Source: Desulfobacteraceae bacterium
Lineage (GTDB): Bacteria; Desulfobacterota; Desulfobacteria; Desulfobacterales; Desulfobacteraceae
NCBI GenBank assembly: GCA_030632885.1
Contig: DAOVTW010000002.1
Span: forward strand, 36,056 to 68,055
DNA: 32,000 bases
Direction: 5' to 3'
Part shown: piece by piece, positions 14,811 to 23,364 of the stretch
How the letters are laid out: the number at the start of each line of letters is the position of its first letter
Numbering within the stretch: the stretch's first letter is position 1
Made by a program: the position numbers and the translations under genes
The notes under the pieces: generated by a model
The model's input: only the letters and a program-made list of their open reading frames with translations
Database searches by the model: none
What the model was told of the DNA's origin: nothing

Positions 14811-14946
14811 TTTGTATTCCTTTTAAATTTATTTAATTACTATTGTTCTGTTTGTCATAAATTTTTTAGGAAATCCAATTGATAATCATGATAGAAAAAG
14901 AGTAATCTATAGATGATATCAATATGGTAAAAAATATATGTTTTGT

Positions 14947-15018
14947 GCAAATTTATCAATTAAGCTCGCTCCAAGGTTTTGCCATTTTGAACAAGCTTCA
15001 TTGCAATTAAAATTTAAT
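14947..15018 (+). repeat. Copy B of the 72-nt repeat (same orientation as copy A)
   Basis: 58/72 identity to 8969-9040. The internal hairpin is partly retained (one C-G replaces a G-U of copy A). The 3' end overlaps a separate perfect 10-bp palindrome, TTGCAATTAA-n7-TTAATTGCAA (15001-15027). Confidence 0.7.
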
Positions 15019-15081
15019 TAATTGCAATCTTTTGAAACCATCTCCTTGTTTTTGGCAGAGTTGCATCCTATAATCATAAAT

Positions 15082-15267
15082 ATGAATAGTGAAATAAAAA
15101 CAGAAGATTCATTAAATGTTGACAAGAGCTTAATTGCAATGTTTCTTAAATTGTCACCTGATGATCGGATCCTTTCTAATGATAACATGATACGTACAAT
15201 TATTGAGCTTAGGAACGCATATGAGCAACAAAAAGCAAACAGCATTAGATCTAAGTGCAATTCTTGA
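15082..15267 (+). CDS. Small hypothetical protein (61 aa), possible antitoxin-like partner of the downstream nucleotidyltransferase
   Basis: MNSEIKTEDSLNVDKSLIAMFLKLSPDDRILSNDNMIRTIIELRNAYEQQK... A TTGTTT-17-TATAAT promoter-like element (15046-15074) would put the transcription start at about the ATG. Overlaps the next ORF by 47 nt. Confidence 0.35.
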   Translation: MNSEIKTEDSLNVDKSLIAMFLKLSPDDRILSNDNMIRTIIELRNAYEQQKANSIRSKCNS

Positions 15268-15721
15268 AGGTTTATTGGAATCGGACATAGAATTTATTTT
15301 GGTTGGCGGTCTTGCTGCTGTTGTACAAGGAGCACCTGTCACCACAATGGATGTTGACATAGTCCATAATCAATCTTCTGAAAATATATCCAAATTGATT
15401 AAATTTCTCAAATCAGTTGATGCAATATATCGTCGTCCAGATGATAAGGTGATTGAACCCAATGGAAAAGATATCTCAGGTATGGGTCATTTTCTCCTTA
15501 AAACTCGATTTGGTCCTCTTGATGTTTTATCTTTTATTGAGCAGAGAAAGGTTTATGCTGATCTCCTTAAACATACCGTGGAGATTAAGTTTAGGAACCG
15601 TATTGTTAAGGTGCTTGATCTTAAAACATTGATCGATCTCAAAAAATTGTCTAAAAATCCTAAAAACAAACAAAAGTTAATGGTATTGGAAGAAACTTTA
15701 AGGCAGATCAATGGAGAATGA
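15221..15721 (+). CDS. Minimal nucleotidyltransferase-fold (pol beta superfamily) protein
   Basis: FILVGGLAAVVQGAPVTTMDVDIV matches the GG...G-x(n)-DxD NTase signature. I prefer ATG 15221 with an AGGAA RBS over the tracked TTG 15203. Confidence 0.6.
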   Translation: MSNKKQTALDLSAILEGLLESDIEFILVGGLAAVVQGAPVTTMDVDIVHNQSSENISKLIKFLKSVDAIYRRPDDKVIEPNGKDISGMGHFLLKTRFGPLDVLSFIEQRKVYADLLKHTVEIKFRNRIVKVLDLKTLIDLKKLSKNPKNKQKLMVLEETLRQINGE

Positions 15722-15738
15722 AAATTTTCAATTAAGAT

Positions 15739-16479
15739 CTAATTTATGATTTCGTCAATTGCAATATTGGCGATCATTAAACCAAAAGTTCCTGTTATAT
15801 AAGGGACTGTCCCAAGGGGAGGTCTTTTTCTTCCATGGTCTGGCTCTGAATTTAATTCTAACTCTAATTCAGAGACAATTTCTTGAACACTATTCTTTGG
15901 TTCTTCCATAGAGTAAACACATTTGACATTTTCAGAAATTCCACGCCTGCGAAGCCTTCGCCTTACAAATCGTGCAAGGGGGCAAACACTTGTTTTAAAA
16001 ATATCACTTATTTTTATCATGGATGCATCTGTTTTACCGGCAGCTCCCATGCTCGAAACTATTTTCAAACCATTCTCTTTTGCTTTACAGATAAGGTTCA
16101 CTTTAGAGTTTAATCCGTCTATGGCATCGATAACAACATCAATATCTTTTGATAGCAAGGTTTCTATGCTTTCAGCATTAACAAAGGAATCATGGATTTC
16201 AACAATAGCGTTAGGATTAATATCTTTTATTCTTTTTTTTGCAAGTTTTGCCTTTTTTTTTCCAATTGTGGAATGCAAAGCATAAATTTGGCGATTGATA
16301 TTAGTTATATCTATTTCATCAAAATCAATCAGGCTGAAAAATCCAACACCTGTTCGTGCCAATGCTTCTACGGCAAATGAACCAACAGCTCCAAGCCCAA
16401 AGACTGCAATCTTTGCTTGTTTGATTTTATTTAATGCTTCAGACCCGAGAAGTTGTTCTGTCCGTGTAAATTGATTCAT
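15739..16479 (-). CDS. tcdA: ThiF/MoeB-fold tRNA threonylcarbamoyladenosine dehydratase (TcdA/CsdL-like)
   Basis: FTRTEQLLGSEALNKIKQAKIAVFGLGAVGS...IDFDEIDITNINRQI; size and motifs are typical of TcdA. Confidence 0.75.
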   Translation of the reverse strand: MNQFTRTEQLLGSEALNKIKQAKIAVFGLGAVGSFAVEALARTGVGFFSLIDFDEIDITNINRQIYALHSTIGKKKAKLAKKRIKDINPNAIVEIHDSFVNAESIETLLSKDIDVVIDAIDGLNSKVNLICKAKENGLKIVSSMGAAGKTDASMIKISDIFKTSVCPLARFVRRRLRRRGISENVKCVYSMEEPKNSVQEIVSELELELNSEPDHGRKRPPLGTVPYITGTFGLMIANIAIDEIIN

Positions 16480-16497
16480 TAAAATTGATCTTATTTT

Positions 16498-16875
16498 TTA
16501 TGATTTGAATGCTATCTGAAAACCAATAAATGCAGCAAAAAGTCCTACTATTACTTGAACTGTTATATTAAGCAGAGTTTGAATAGAATCTCCATTTTGC
16601 ATCATTTCAATGGTTTCATAACTGAATGTTGAAAAGGTAGTATAACTGCCAAGAATTCCAACAAACATGAATAATCGGATTTGAGAAGTAAAAAAATGAT
16701 GGTTTTCAGCCCATCCATTTAAAAGTCCTAATAAAAGGCAACCAGAAATATTAGCAATGAGCGTGCCAAGGGGAAAGGATAGTCCTTCAAAGAGTCCTTT
16801 AGACCATATTGTAACCATATGGCGCATTACAGCCCCTATAAAACCACCAATACCAACTAGAAAAATACCCTCCAT
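16498..16875 (-). CDS. crcB: Fluoride ion channel CrcB/FluC
   Basis: 125 aa, four hydrophobic segments, GGFIGAVMRH, GTLIANISGCLLLG, GSYTTFSTFSYE. Confidence 0.9.
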   Translation of the reverse strand: MEGIFLVGIGGFIGAVMRHMVTIWSKGLFEGLSFPLGTLIANISGCLLLGLLNGWAENHHFFTSQIRLFMFVGILGSYTTFSTFSYETIEMMQNGDSIQTLLNITVQVIVGLFAAFIGFQIAFKS

Positions 16876-16880
16876 AATTT

Positions 16881-17690
16881 TTATTGTCCTGATATATTAA
16901 ATAACCTGACTCCATTATTATATGTTTTTACTACAAATTCTTTTACAGGAATTTTTTTTATTTGTGAAGCAATATTTGCAATAAAAACAAGGTTTTCTGG
17001 TTTATTGATTGCATTTTTCTCCTGATGTAGTGGCATGCTTGGCAGAATATCAGGGCTGTCTGTTTCAATCAACATTCTATTTTCTGATACAATTTCCAGG
17101 GCTTTAATTGGCTTTCTGGCATTGGGCCGTGTTATGGAGTCTGAAAAAGAGATATAGAAACCATATTTTTCAAATATTGGAATCATATCAGCAGACCCTG
17201 AATAAGAATGTATAAGACCTTGAGCTGGAAGGTCGCCTATTTTTTTTAGTATGTTGATAAACAAATCCCATGCTTTTCTAATATGAATTGAAATGGGAAG
17301 CTCCAGCTCTTTTGCAAGGATTAGCTGATCTGTAAATATTTTTTCTTGTAATGGTCTGTTGGGCACTTTAATGGCAAAATCCAGCCCTGCTTCACCAATC
17401 CCTGGTAAAAAATTATTTTTAAGCCTTGTTTTTTCGGTCCTTAAAAGATCTGCAAGCTTGTTTTCCCATTCGAATGAAATGTTATCCATATACCATGGGT
17501 GTATTCCATAACATGGGATAACAAAATCATGTTCTAAAGAAAGATTTTGTACATCAAGCCAGTCTTGTTCACACGTTGCACAGCAGACCATATATTCAAC
17601 ACCTGCAGAGTTAGCGTTTTTAATTGTCTGATCAATATTCTCACTTAATCGTGAGGACTGCAAATGACAATGTGCATCAATTAGTTTCAT
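16881..17690 (-). CDS. TatD-family metal-dependent hydrolase
   Basis: MKLIDAHCHLQ at the N-terminus, HIRKAWD, IHSYSG, ETDSP. Confidence 0.85.
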   Translation of the reverse strand: MKLIDAHCHLQSSRLSENIDQTIKNANSAGVEYMVCCATCEQDWLDVQNLSLEHDFVIPCYGIHPWYMDNISFEWENKLADLLRTEKTRLKNNFLPGIGEAGLDFAIKVPNRPLQEKIFTDQLILAKELELPISIHIRKAWDLFINILKKIGDLPAQGLIHSYSGSADMIPIFEKYGFYISFSDSITRPNARKPIKALEIVSENRMLIETDSPDILPSMPLHQEKNAINKPENLVFIANIASQIKKIPVKEFVVKTYNNGVRLFNISGQ

Positions 17691-17835
17691 TTAGTAAAAG
17701 TCCTAAAGCCTCAGTAAAACCTTATTTTATACTATTCGATTAAAAAAGGTTAACAAAAAATATTTTTAATTTAATTTGTATCTATGGTAAGATTATAACT
17801 ATTTTTATTAAAATAGCTGTCATATTTATAGGAGG

Positions 17836-19275
17836 ATGGGTAAATTGCTTGAACATAAGGTTATTATAAGGCGTTGTAATGAGTATGACCCTGATCTTAT
17901 TTCTAAGATTGTCAAAGAAGGTATGGAAGAATTAGGAGTTAAGCCTTTTGGGAATATCCTTTTAAAACCAAACACTGTAATTGCACACCCAGAAATTTTT
18001 CCCTATGCTTTTACGAGAAAAGAACTTTTAGATGGTGCGCTTGATGCCACAAAAAAAACTTCAGAAAATGTAAAAGAAATAAGTGTGGGTGAACGATGTG
18101 GCATAACCATTCCCACAAGATTTTGTTTTAAGCATGCAGGCTATCCTGAAGTAATTAAAAAACATAAAGCAAAAACATATTATTTTGATGAAGAAAAAAG
18201 TGTTCCTGTAAAGTTAACAAAAGAAGGAAGACTTAGAGACAGAGTTTTTATTCCAAAGTCTGTTACCCAGTGTGATTTTTTAATTAATCTTCCCAAGTTT
18301 AAATCTCATCCCTGGACAAGGCTTACTTTGAGTTTGAAAAATTTTATTGGTATTCAGGATGACCGGCACAGACTGGTTGATCATAATATTCATTTAGAAG
18401 AGAAAATTGCTGATTTGCAGGAGGTAGTTCAGCCAAAATTTATAGCCATTGATGGAATTATTGCAGGGCAAAAGATGATGTTAACTCCTGAGCCATTTCC
18501 TTTGGGCGCTATTATTATGGGTACAAATTCATGCGCTGTGGATACTGTATGTTGTCATATGGTCAATGTGGATCCTCAAGATTTAAAACATCTATGTTTA
18601 ACATCTCAAAGAGGGTTTGGACCAATGAACCTTGATGAGATTGAAGTGTCAGGCGATTATCCCCTTGCCGAAGTTCAGAAGAAAACAAAAGATTTCGCTT
18701 TTTGCATGGAACGAATTGATGATTATTTTAAAGATCACAAAGCCATCTCATGTACCTTAGGTAAATTTCCGGAAGGGCGGGACTATTGCTGGGGAGGATG
18801 TCCTGGAGCTTTACAAGAGGCAATGCACATTTTTAAAGGCTTTGATCCTGAGGTTGAAGATAAGATGGAAAAAGTACGTGTTGTAATCGGAAAAGTTGAT
18901 AAGCCTCTTAACCTTACAAAGGGAGAAAAAGTACTTTTTGCAGGAGACTGTACTTCATGGGAAGGAGAGATTCAGGGGAGAAAGGTGAAAATCGAATCTA
19001 ACTTTAAGACAAAAACCGAAGTAAATGAATGTAAAACAAAATCCAATGACATGCTTAAAAAAAATATAGGATCTTTTTTCAAGGGTTTATTTCTTGGGAA
19101 AAAACCCTTTATACATGCAAAAGGTTGCACAATCTGTGTCGCAGACCATGTCCATTATCTTTCTTTTCTTGGGAAAATAAAAAATCCAAATTATGATAAA
19201 AGATTGGTTTTTGGTATTGCAATCAGTTATTTGCGTATGATAGTTTCCAGATTTTGGAATACAATAAGGAGTTAG
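17836..19275 (+). CDS. DUF362 domain protein with a Cys-rich C-terminal extension
   Basis: ILLKPNTVIAH and LINLPKFKSHPWTRLTLSLKNFIG are typical of DUF362. The C-terminus has CWGGCPG, GDCTSW and GCTICVADH. AGGAGG abuts ATG 17836, so TTG 17845 (9 nt from the RBS) may be the true start. Confidence 0.6.
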   Translation: MGKLLEHKVIIRRCNEYDPDLISKIVKEGMEELGVKPFGNILLKPNTVIAHPEIFPYAFTRKELLDGALDATKKTSENVKEISVGERCGITIPTRFCFKHAGYPEVIKKHKAKTYYFDEEKSVPVKLTKEGRLRDRVFIPKSVTQCDFLINLPKFKSHPWTRLTLSLKNFIGIQDDRHRLVDHNIHLEEKIADLQEVVQPKFIAIDGIIAGQKMMLTPEPFPLGAIIMGTNSCAVDTVCCHMVNVDPQDLKHLCLTSQRGFGPMNLDEIEVSGDYPLAEVQKKTKDFAFCMERIDDYFKDHKAISCTLGKFPEGRDYCWGGCPGALQEAMHIFKGFDPEVEDKMEKVRVVIGKVDKPLNLTKGEKVLFAGDCTSWEGEIQGRKVKIESNFKTKTEVNECKTKSNDMLKKNIGSFFKGLFLGKKPFIHAKGCTICVADHVHYLSFLGKIKNPNYDKRLVFGIAISYLRMIVSRFWNTIRS

Positions 19276-19289
19276 AAAATATATAAATT

Positions 19290-20186
19290 ATGAGAATAGT
19301 AACAAGGCCGGATTTTGATGGGATTGTATGTGCAGTTTTTATAGAACAATCGGAAAATATTACAGAGCCTGTGAAATGGATTGAGCCTGGAGATGTTCAG
19401 CAAGGTACAGCAGATATTAAGGATGGCGATATCATGGCAAATCTGCCCTATGATGAAAGATGCTCTGTATGGTTTGATCATCATATTTCAAATGTTCCTT
19501 TCTCAAAAGTTGAAGGCTCATTTAAAATAGCTCCTTCAGCCGCAGGAATTGTTTACGAATATTATAAAGAAAAAGGTCTTTTAAAAAAGAATTTTGATGA
19601 GCTTGTTGAACAGACCGATATTATTGATGCAGCGAAACTTACTAAAGATCAAGTGCTAAATCCCCAAAAATATCCATATATTCTTCTTTCCATGACTGTG
19701 AAAAACAAGGATGAGTCTGATCCGAAATATTGGAATAAGCTTATCTCTTTATTAAAGGATATGCCAATCAAAGATATTATAGAAGATAGCGAAGTAAAAA
19801 AGAGAGCAAAGATTGTTTTAGAGGAGAATATTGTTTATGAAAAATATCTTAAAGAATATACAAAAATAGAAGGGAATATATCTGTAACTGATTTTAGGTC
19901 TTTTGATCAATCTCCTTCTGGCAACAGGTTTCTTTCATATCATCTTTTCCCTGATACTATTGCAAGCATTACAATAAGAAATAAGGTCGAAAATAAAAAT
20001 CAAATTCTTTTAAGTATTGGAAAAAGTATTTTTAATAATAAAAGTAATGTAAATATTGGTAAACTTCTTTCAAATTATAGTGGTGGAGGGCATGACGGTG
20101 CTGGTGGATGTACTCTTAATGTTGAGACAGCTGAGGTAGACATTAAAAAGATTATTAGTATAATGGTGGAAGATAGAGAAAATTAG
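19290..20186 (+). CDS. DHH/DHHA1-family phosphoesterase (NrnB/COG2404-like)
   Basis: RPDFDGIVCAV, WFDHH, GGGHDGAGG. Confidence 0.65.
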   Translation: MRIVTRPDFDGIVCAVFIEQSENITEPVKWIEPGDVQQGTADIKDGDIMANLPYDERCSVWFDHHISNVPFSKVEGSFKIAPSAAGIVYEYYKEKGLLKKNFDELVEQTDIIDAAKLTKDQVLNPQKYPYILLSMTVKNKDESDPKYWNKLISLLKDMPIKDIIEDSEVKKRAKIVLEENIVYEKYLKEYTKIEGNISVTDFRSFDQSPSGNRFLSYHLFPDTIASITIRNKVENKNQILLSIGKSIFNNKSNVNIGKLLSNYSGGGHDGAGGCTLNVETAEVDIKKIISIMVEDREN

Positions 20187-20269
20187 AATTGGTGCGCCTT
20201 GACTTTTTTTTACATAATTATTAAATTTTTAAATACTAATGAAATAATACTAATCAATGGGATATAAAA

Positions 20270-20758
20270 TTGAATATAGTTTCTATTGTTGGAAAATCCG
20301 GCGCAGGTAAAACAACACTTATAGAGAAGTTAATTAAGGAATTAAAGAGAAAAGGCTATATCGTTGGCACTGTAAAGCATACACATAAAGGTTTTCATAT
20401 GGATAAGAAGGGAAAGGACTCCTGGCGACATCGAAATGCAGGGTCAGATGCAACCCTTTTAATAGCTCCCGGGATAATTGCACTTGTAAAAGATGAAGAA
20501 CTTGATGTGATAGAAGAGATACAAGCATATCTCTCTGATATGGATATTGTATTGGTAGAAGGATTTAAGAGAGAAAATCTTCCAAAAATTGAGATTTTCA
20601 GATCAGATGGAGATCATAAAGGGCCATTATGTATGGATGATAATAACCTGGATGCTTTTGTTACTGATTCAGATTATGCTCCTGATGTTCCAAGGTTTGG
20701 TCTTAAGGATATTGACGCTATAACTCAGTTTATCGAAAAGCAATATTTGAAAGTATAA
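20270..20758 (+). CDS. mobB: Molybdopterin-guanine dinucleotide biosynthesis adaptor protein MobB
   Basis: IVGKSGAGKTTLIEKLIKELKRKGYIVGTVKHTH...GKDSWRH; TTG start. Confidence 0.85.
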   Translation: MNIVSIVGKSGAGKTTLIEKLIKELKRKGYIVGTVKHTHKGFHMDKKGKDSWRHRNAGSDATLLIAPGIIALVKDEELDVIEEIQAYLSDMDIVLVEGFKRENLPKIEIFRSDGDHKGPLCMDDNNLDAFVTDSDYAPDVPRFGLKDIDAITQFIEKQYLKV

Positions 20759-21637
20759 ATGAATAAAAGTAAATTAAAATATAATAATATAATGATCATG
20801 GGGATTTCTGTTTTTTTGTTTCTTTTGTTTTTTAACCCAACCATAGGCTTTGCAGACAATATACCTTGTCCGGAAAAAGGGTATGTTACAAAGCTTGAGA
20901 ATGGAGCTATTAGCTGGGGTACAGGATGCATTACTGCAAAAGGCAAAGCATCTCCCTCAAAAGAAGATAAAGGCAAGTCATCAAGCTCAATCCCTGGTGC
21001 TGCAAAAACAGATGCAACTAAGAATCTTATCTCTATACTTAAAAATATAAAAATTGCAACAAATAGTGTAAAAGAGTTTGTGGCATCAAATGATGATATT
21101 ATGGCACAAATTGAAAATACCATTTCCGATGTTTCTGTAATAAAACAGCATTATACATCTGATGGTGCATTGGAAATAGAGGTTGAAACTTCAATGTATG
21201 GCAGCTTTCTTCAGTTTATTCTTCCCCATGAGATAATCCAGATTCCTGAAATAAAATCAATTGAGACCAATAGCGATGTTCAAAAACAAAGAGGAAGATA
21301 TACCGGGTTTGTTTTAGATGCCAGGGGGCTTAAGTTTGAGCCTTCATTGTATCCTGTTATTAAAAATGAGTATGGGGAAGAAATATACAGCGCAGTTTTT
21401 ATTAACAGAGAATATGCTGCCCAATATGGTGTTTGTAAATATTTTTGTAGTATGGAAAAAGCTGTTGTAAATAAAAGAGTTGGTGAAAATCCTCTTGTTT
21501 TAAAAGCTTTAAGGCTAGGAGAGGATAAAAATTCAATAATTTTGAATAAATCTGATGCTGAAAAAATAGAGAAACTAATTGAGCGGCATTCTTTTTTTAA
21601 AGAATGCCGGGTAGTTATTGTTCTGGATCAAGAATAG
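20759..21637 (+). CDS. Secreted hypothetical protein (signal peptide)
   Basis: The start abuts the mobB stop (TAAATG). The N-terminus IMIMGISVFLFLLFFNPTIGFA is signal-peptide-like. No domain recognised. Confidence 0.5.
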   Translation: MNKSKLKYNNIMIMGISVFLFLLFFNPTIGFADNIPCPEKGYVTKLENGAISWGTGCITAKGKASPSKEDKGKSSSSIPGAAKTDATKNLISILKNIKIATNSVKEFVASNDDIMAQIENTISDVSVIKQHYTSDGALEIEVETSMYGSFLQFILPHEIIQIPEIKSIETNSDVQKQRGRYTGFVLDARGLKFEPSLYPVIKNEYGEEIYSAVFINREYAAQYGVCKYFCSMEKAVVNKRVGENPLVLKALRLGEDKNSIILNKSDAEKIEKLIERHSFFKECRVVIVLDQE

Positions 21638-22466
21638 CATTATCTATGAGCCTAGTTTTCCCAAAATTTACAGCAAGTGCAAAAAGTGTTTTCCCTTTGA
21701 TCCCTTTTACCGTTTCGAGGGTTTCAGGGTCACACAGGGTCGCATAATCAATTTGTGCCTTTTCAAAAGAATTTATAAAAACATCTATTTTATTTAAAAT
21801 AATATCTGCATCGGTTTCTCCTAGCTTGATCATTGCTTTTGCTTTTTCAATGGATTTTGAAAGGCAGAGGCCTGATTCACGCTGTTTGGGTGTGAGATAT
21901 GCGTTTCTTGAGCTCATGGCAAGGCCATCGTCTTCCCTTACTATGGGAGCCCCAATGATTTTGATATCAAAATTCAAATCCTTTGTCATTTGACGAATAA
22001 TCCTAAGTTGTTGATAATCTTTTTGTCCAAAAACAGCTGCATCAGGCATTACAATATTAAATAACTTTGTTACAATGGTTGCAACTCCTTTGAAATGAAC
22101 AGGTCTTGAAAGGCCGCAAAGGTGATTAGGAAGGTTTGCAAGCTCAACATATGCCTGAAAATTCTCTTTGTACATTTCGTTTTTTGAGGGAAGAAAAACA
22201 GCATCTGTATGGAGCCTCTCAGCATGGCAAAGATCGTTGTCAAGGTCAACAGGATATGAGTCAAGGTCTTCGTTTTCTCCAAATTGAGTTGGGTTTACAA
22301 ATATACTTACTACTAGTCTGTCATAAAGAGTTTTTCCTTTTTCAATAAGTGAAAGATGTCCTTTGTGAAAATATCCCATTGTAGGGACAAGGCAAATAGT
22401 CTCGCCTTGTTTTATGATTTGCCTTGACCATGCTTGCATTTCTGATGCTTTTTTGAAGATTTCCAT
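21615..22466 (-). CDS. panC: Pantoate--beta-alanine ligase
   Basis: LVPTMGYFHKGHLSLI, FVNPTQFG, GQKDYQQ, SSRN. Confidence 0.9.
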   Translation of the reverse strand: MEIFKKASEMQAWSRQIIKQGETICLVPTMGYFHKGHLSLIEKGKTLYDRLVVSIFVNPTQFGENEDLDSYPVDLDNDLCHAERLHTDAVFLPSKNEMYKENFQAYVELANLPNHLCGLSRPVHFKGVATIVTKLFNIVMPDAAVFGQKDYQQLRIIRQMTKDLNFDIKIIGAPIVREDDGLAMSSRNAYLTPKQRESGLCLSKSIEKAKAMIKLGETDADIILNKIDVFINSFEKAQIDYATLCDPETLETVKGIKGKTLFALAVNFGKTRLIDNAILDPEQ

Positions 22467-22584
22467 TGTTTTTTATTCCTGCCCCTATTAAACTCAAATC
22501 TTTATTGACTAATTAGTAAAATACCAGTATTGAAATTTTACATAAAAAATTAATAAATTGCAAAGACATTTATATGAGGTTTAT

Positions 22585-23163
22585 ATGAACACTGTAGCAC
22601 CGACAAGGAAAATGGCTTTTGATTTGCTAAATGAATATAATTCAAAACCCGGGCTTATCAGGCATGCGCTTTCAGTAGAAGCAGTTATGGCACATTTTGC
22701 TGAAAAATTTGGTGAAGACGTAGAGATGTGGAGAGTTATCGGGCTTATACATGATCTTGATTATGAAAGGTATCCTGAAGAACATTGTAGTAAAACAAAG
22801 GAGATTCTTTTAGAAAGAGGCTGGCCTGAGGATTATATCCGAGCTGTTATGAGCCATGGCTGGGAGTTGTGCACAGATGTCAAACCTGAAACAAAACTTG
22901 AAAAAACTCTTTATGCTGTCGATGAACTTACAGGACTTGTGGCAAGCACAGCATTAGTCAGACCGTCAAAAAGTGTTCTTGATATGAAGGCAAAGTCTGT
23001 AAAGAAAAAATGGAAAGATAAATCTTTTGCCGCAGGGGTTAATCGATCTGTGATTGACAAAGGAGCTCAAATGCTGGGAATAGAAATAGGCGAGCTTATT
23101 ACAGAAACAATTGCTGGTATGCAAAAAGTAGCTTTGGAAATCGGATTAAAAGGGAACGTATAG
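22585..23163 (+). CDS. HD-domain (HDIG-type) metal-dependent phosphohydrolase
   Basis: RHALSVEAVM ... GLIHDLDYE. I prefer ATG 22585 with a GAGG RBS over the tracked start 22558. Confidence 0.7.
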   Translation: MNTVAPTRKMAFDLLNEYNSKPGLIRHALSVEAVMAHFAEKFGEDVEMWRVIGLIHDLDYERYPEEHCSKTKEILLERGWPEDYIRAVMSHGWELCTDVKPETKLEKTLYAVDELTGLVASTALVRPSKSVLDMKAKSVKKKWKDKSFAAGVNRSVIDKGAQMLGIEIGELITETIAGMQKVALEIGLKGNV

Positions 23164-23166
23164 TTT

Positions 23167-23189
23167 CGTCATGCTTTTGACGCTTTTTT
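23167..23189 (+). terminator. Weak intrinsic terminator after the HD gene
   Basis: CGTCA-tgcttt-TGACG (5 bp) then C TTTTTT. Confidence 0.3.
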
Positions 23190-23364
23190 GTATCAATTTT
23201 GCCTAGGTTGCGTAATAGTAAATCAGGTCATATTTCTATAACCATTTGAAATAACATCATTTTTAGTCTTTTTTTAGTATTGGCATTATAATTGCATTTT
23301 CATTCTTTAATTGTTTTTTAGAAATTGAGCAATGATAAATAACAAACAATGGGGAAAGTAAAAA

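Noticed and set aside
14875-14895. Fur-box-like sequence TTGATAATCATGATAG about 70 nt upstream of the YeeE-family gene
   Set aside because: It matches about 13/19 of the classical GATAATGATAATCATTATC consensus by hand. In such AT-rich DNA this is not distinguishable from chance.
16498-16880. Fluoride riboswitch expected upstream of crcB
   Set aside because: Only 5 nt separate crcB from the tatD-family gene upstream, and no crcB-motif sequence is visible upstream of that gene either.
20187-20269. Moco riboswitch upstream of mobB
   Set aside because: The 83-nt AT-rich spacer is too short and lacks the conserved Moco-motif helices.
23190-23364. c-di-GMP riboswitch upstream of the GGDEF gene
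   Set aside because: The region is almost pure A/T with no GEMM-like GC helices.
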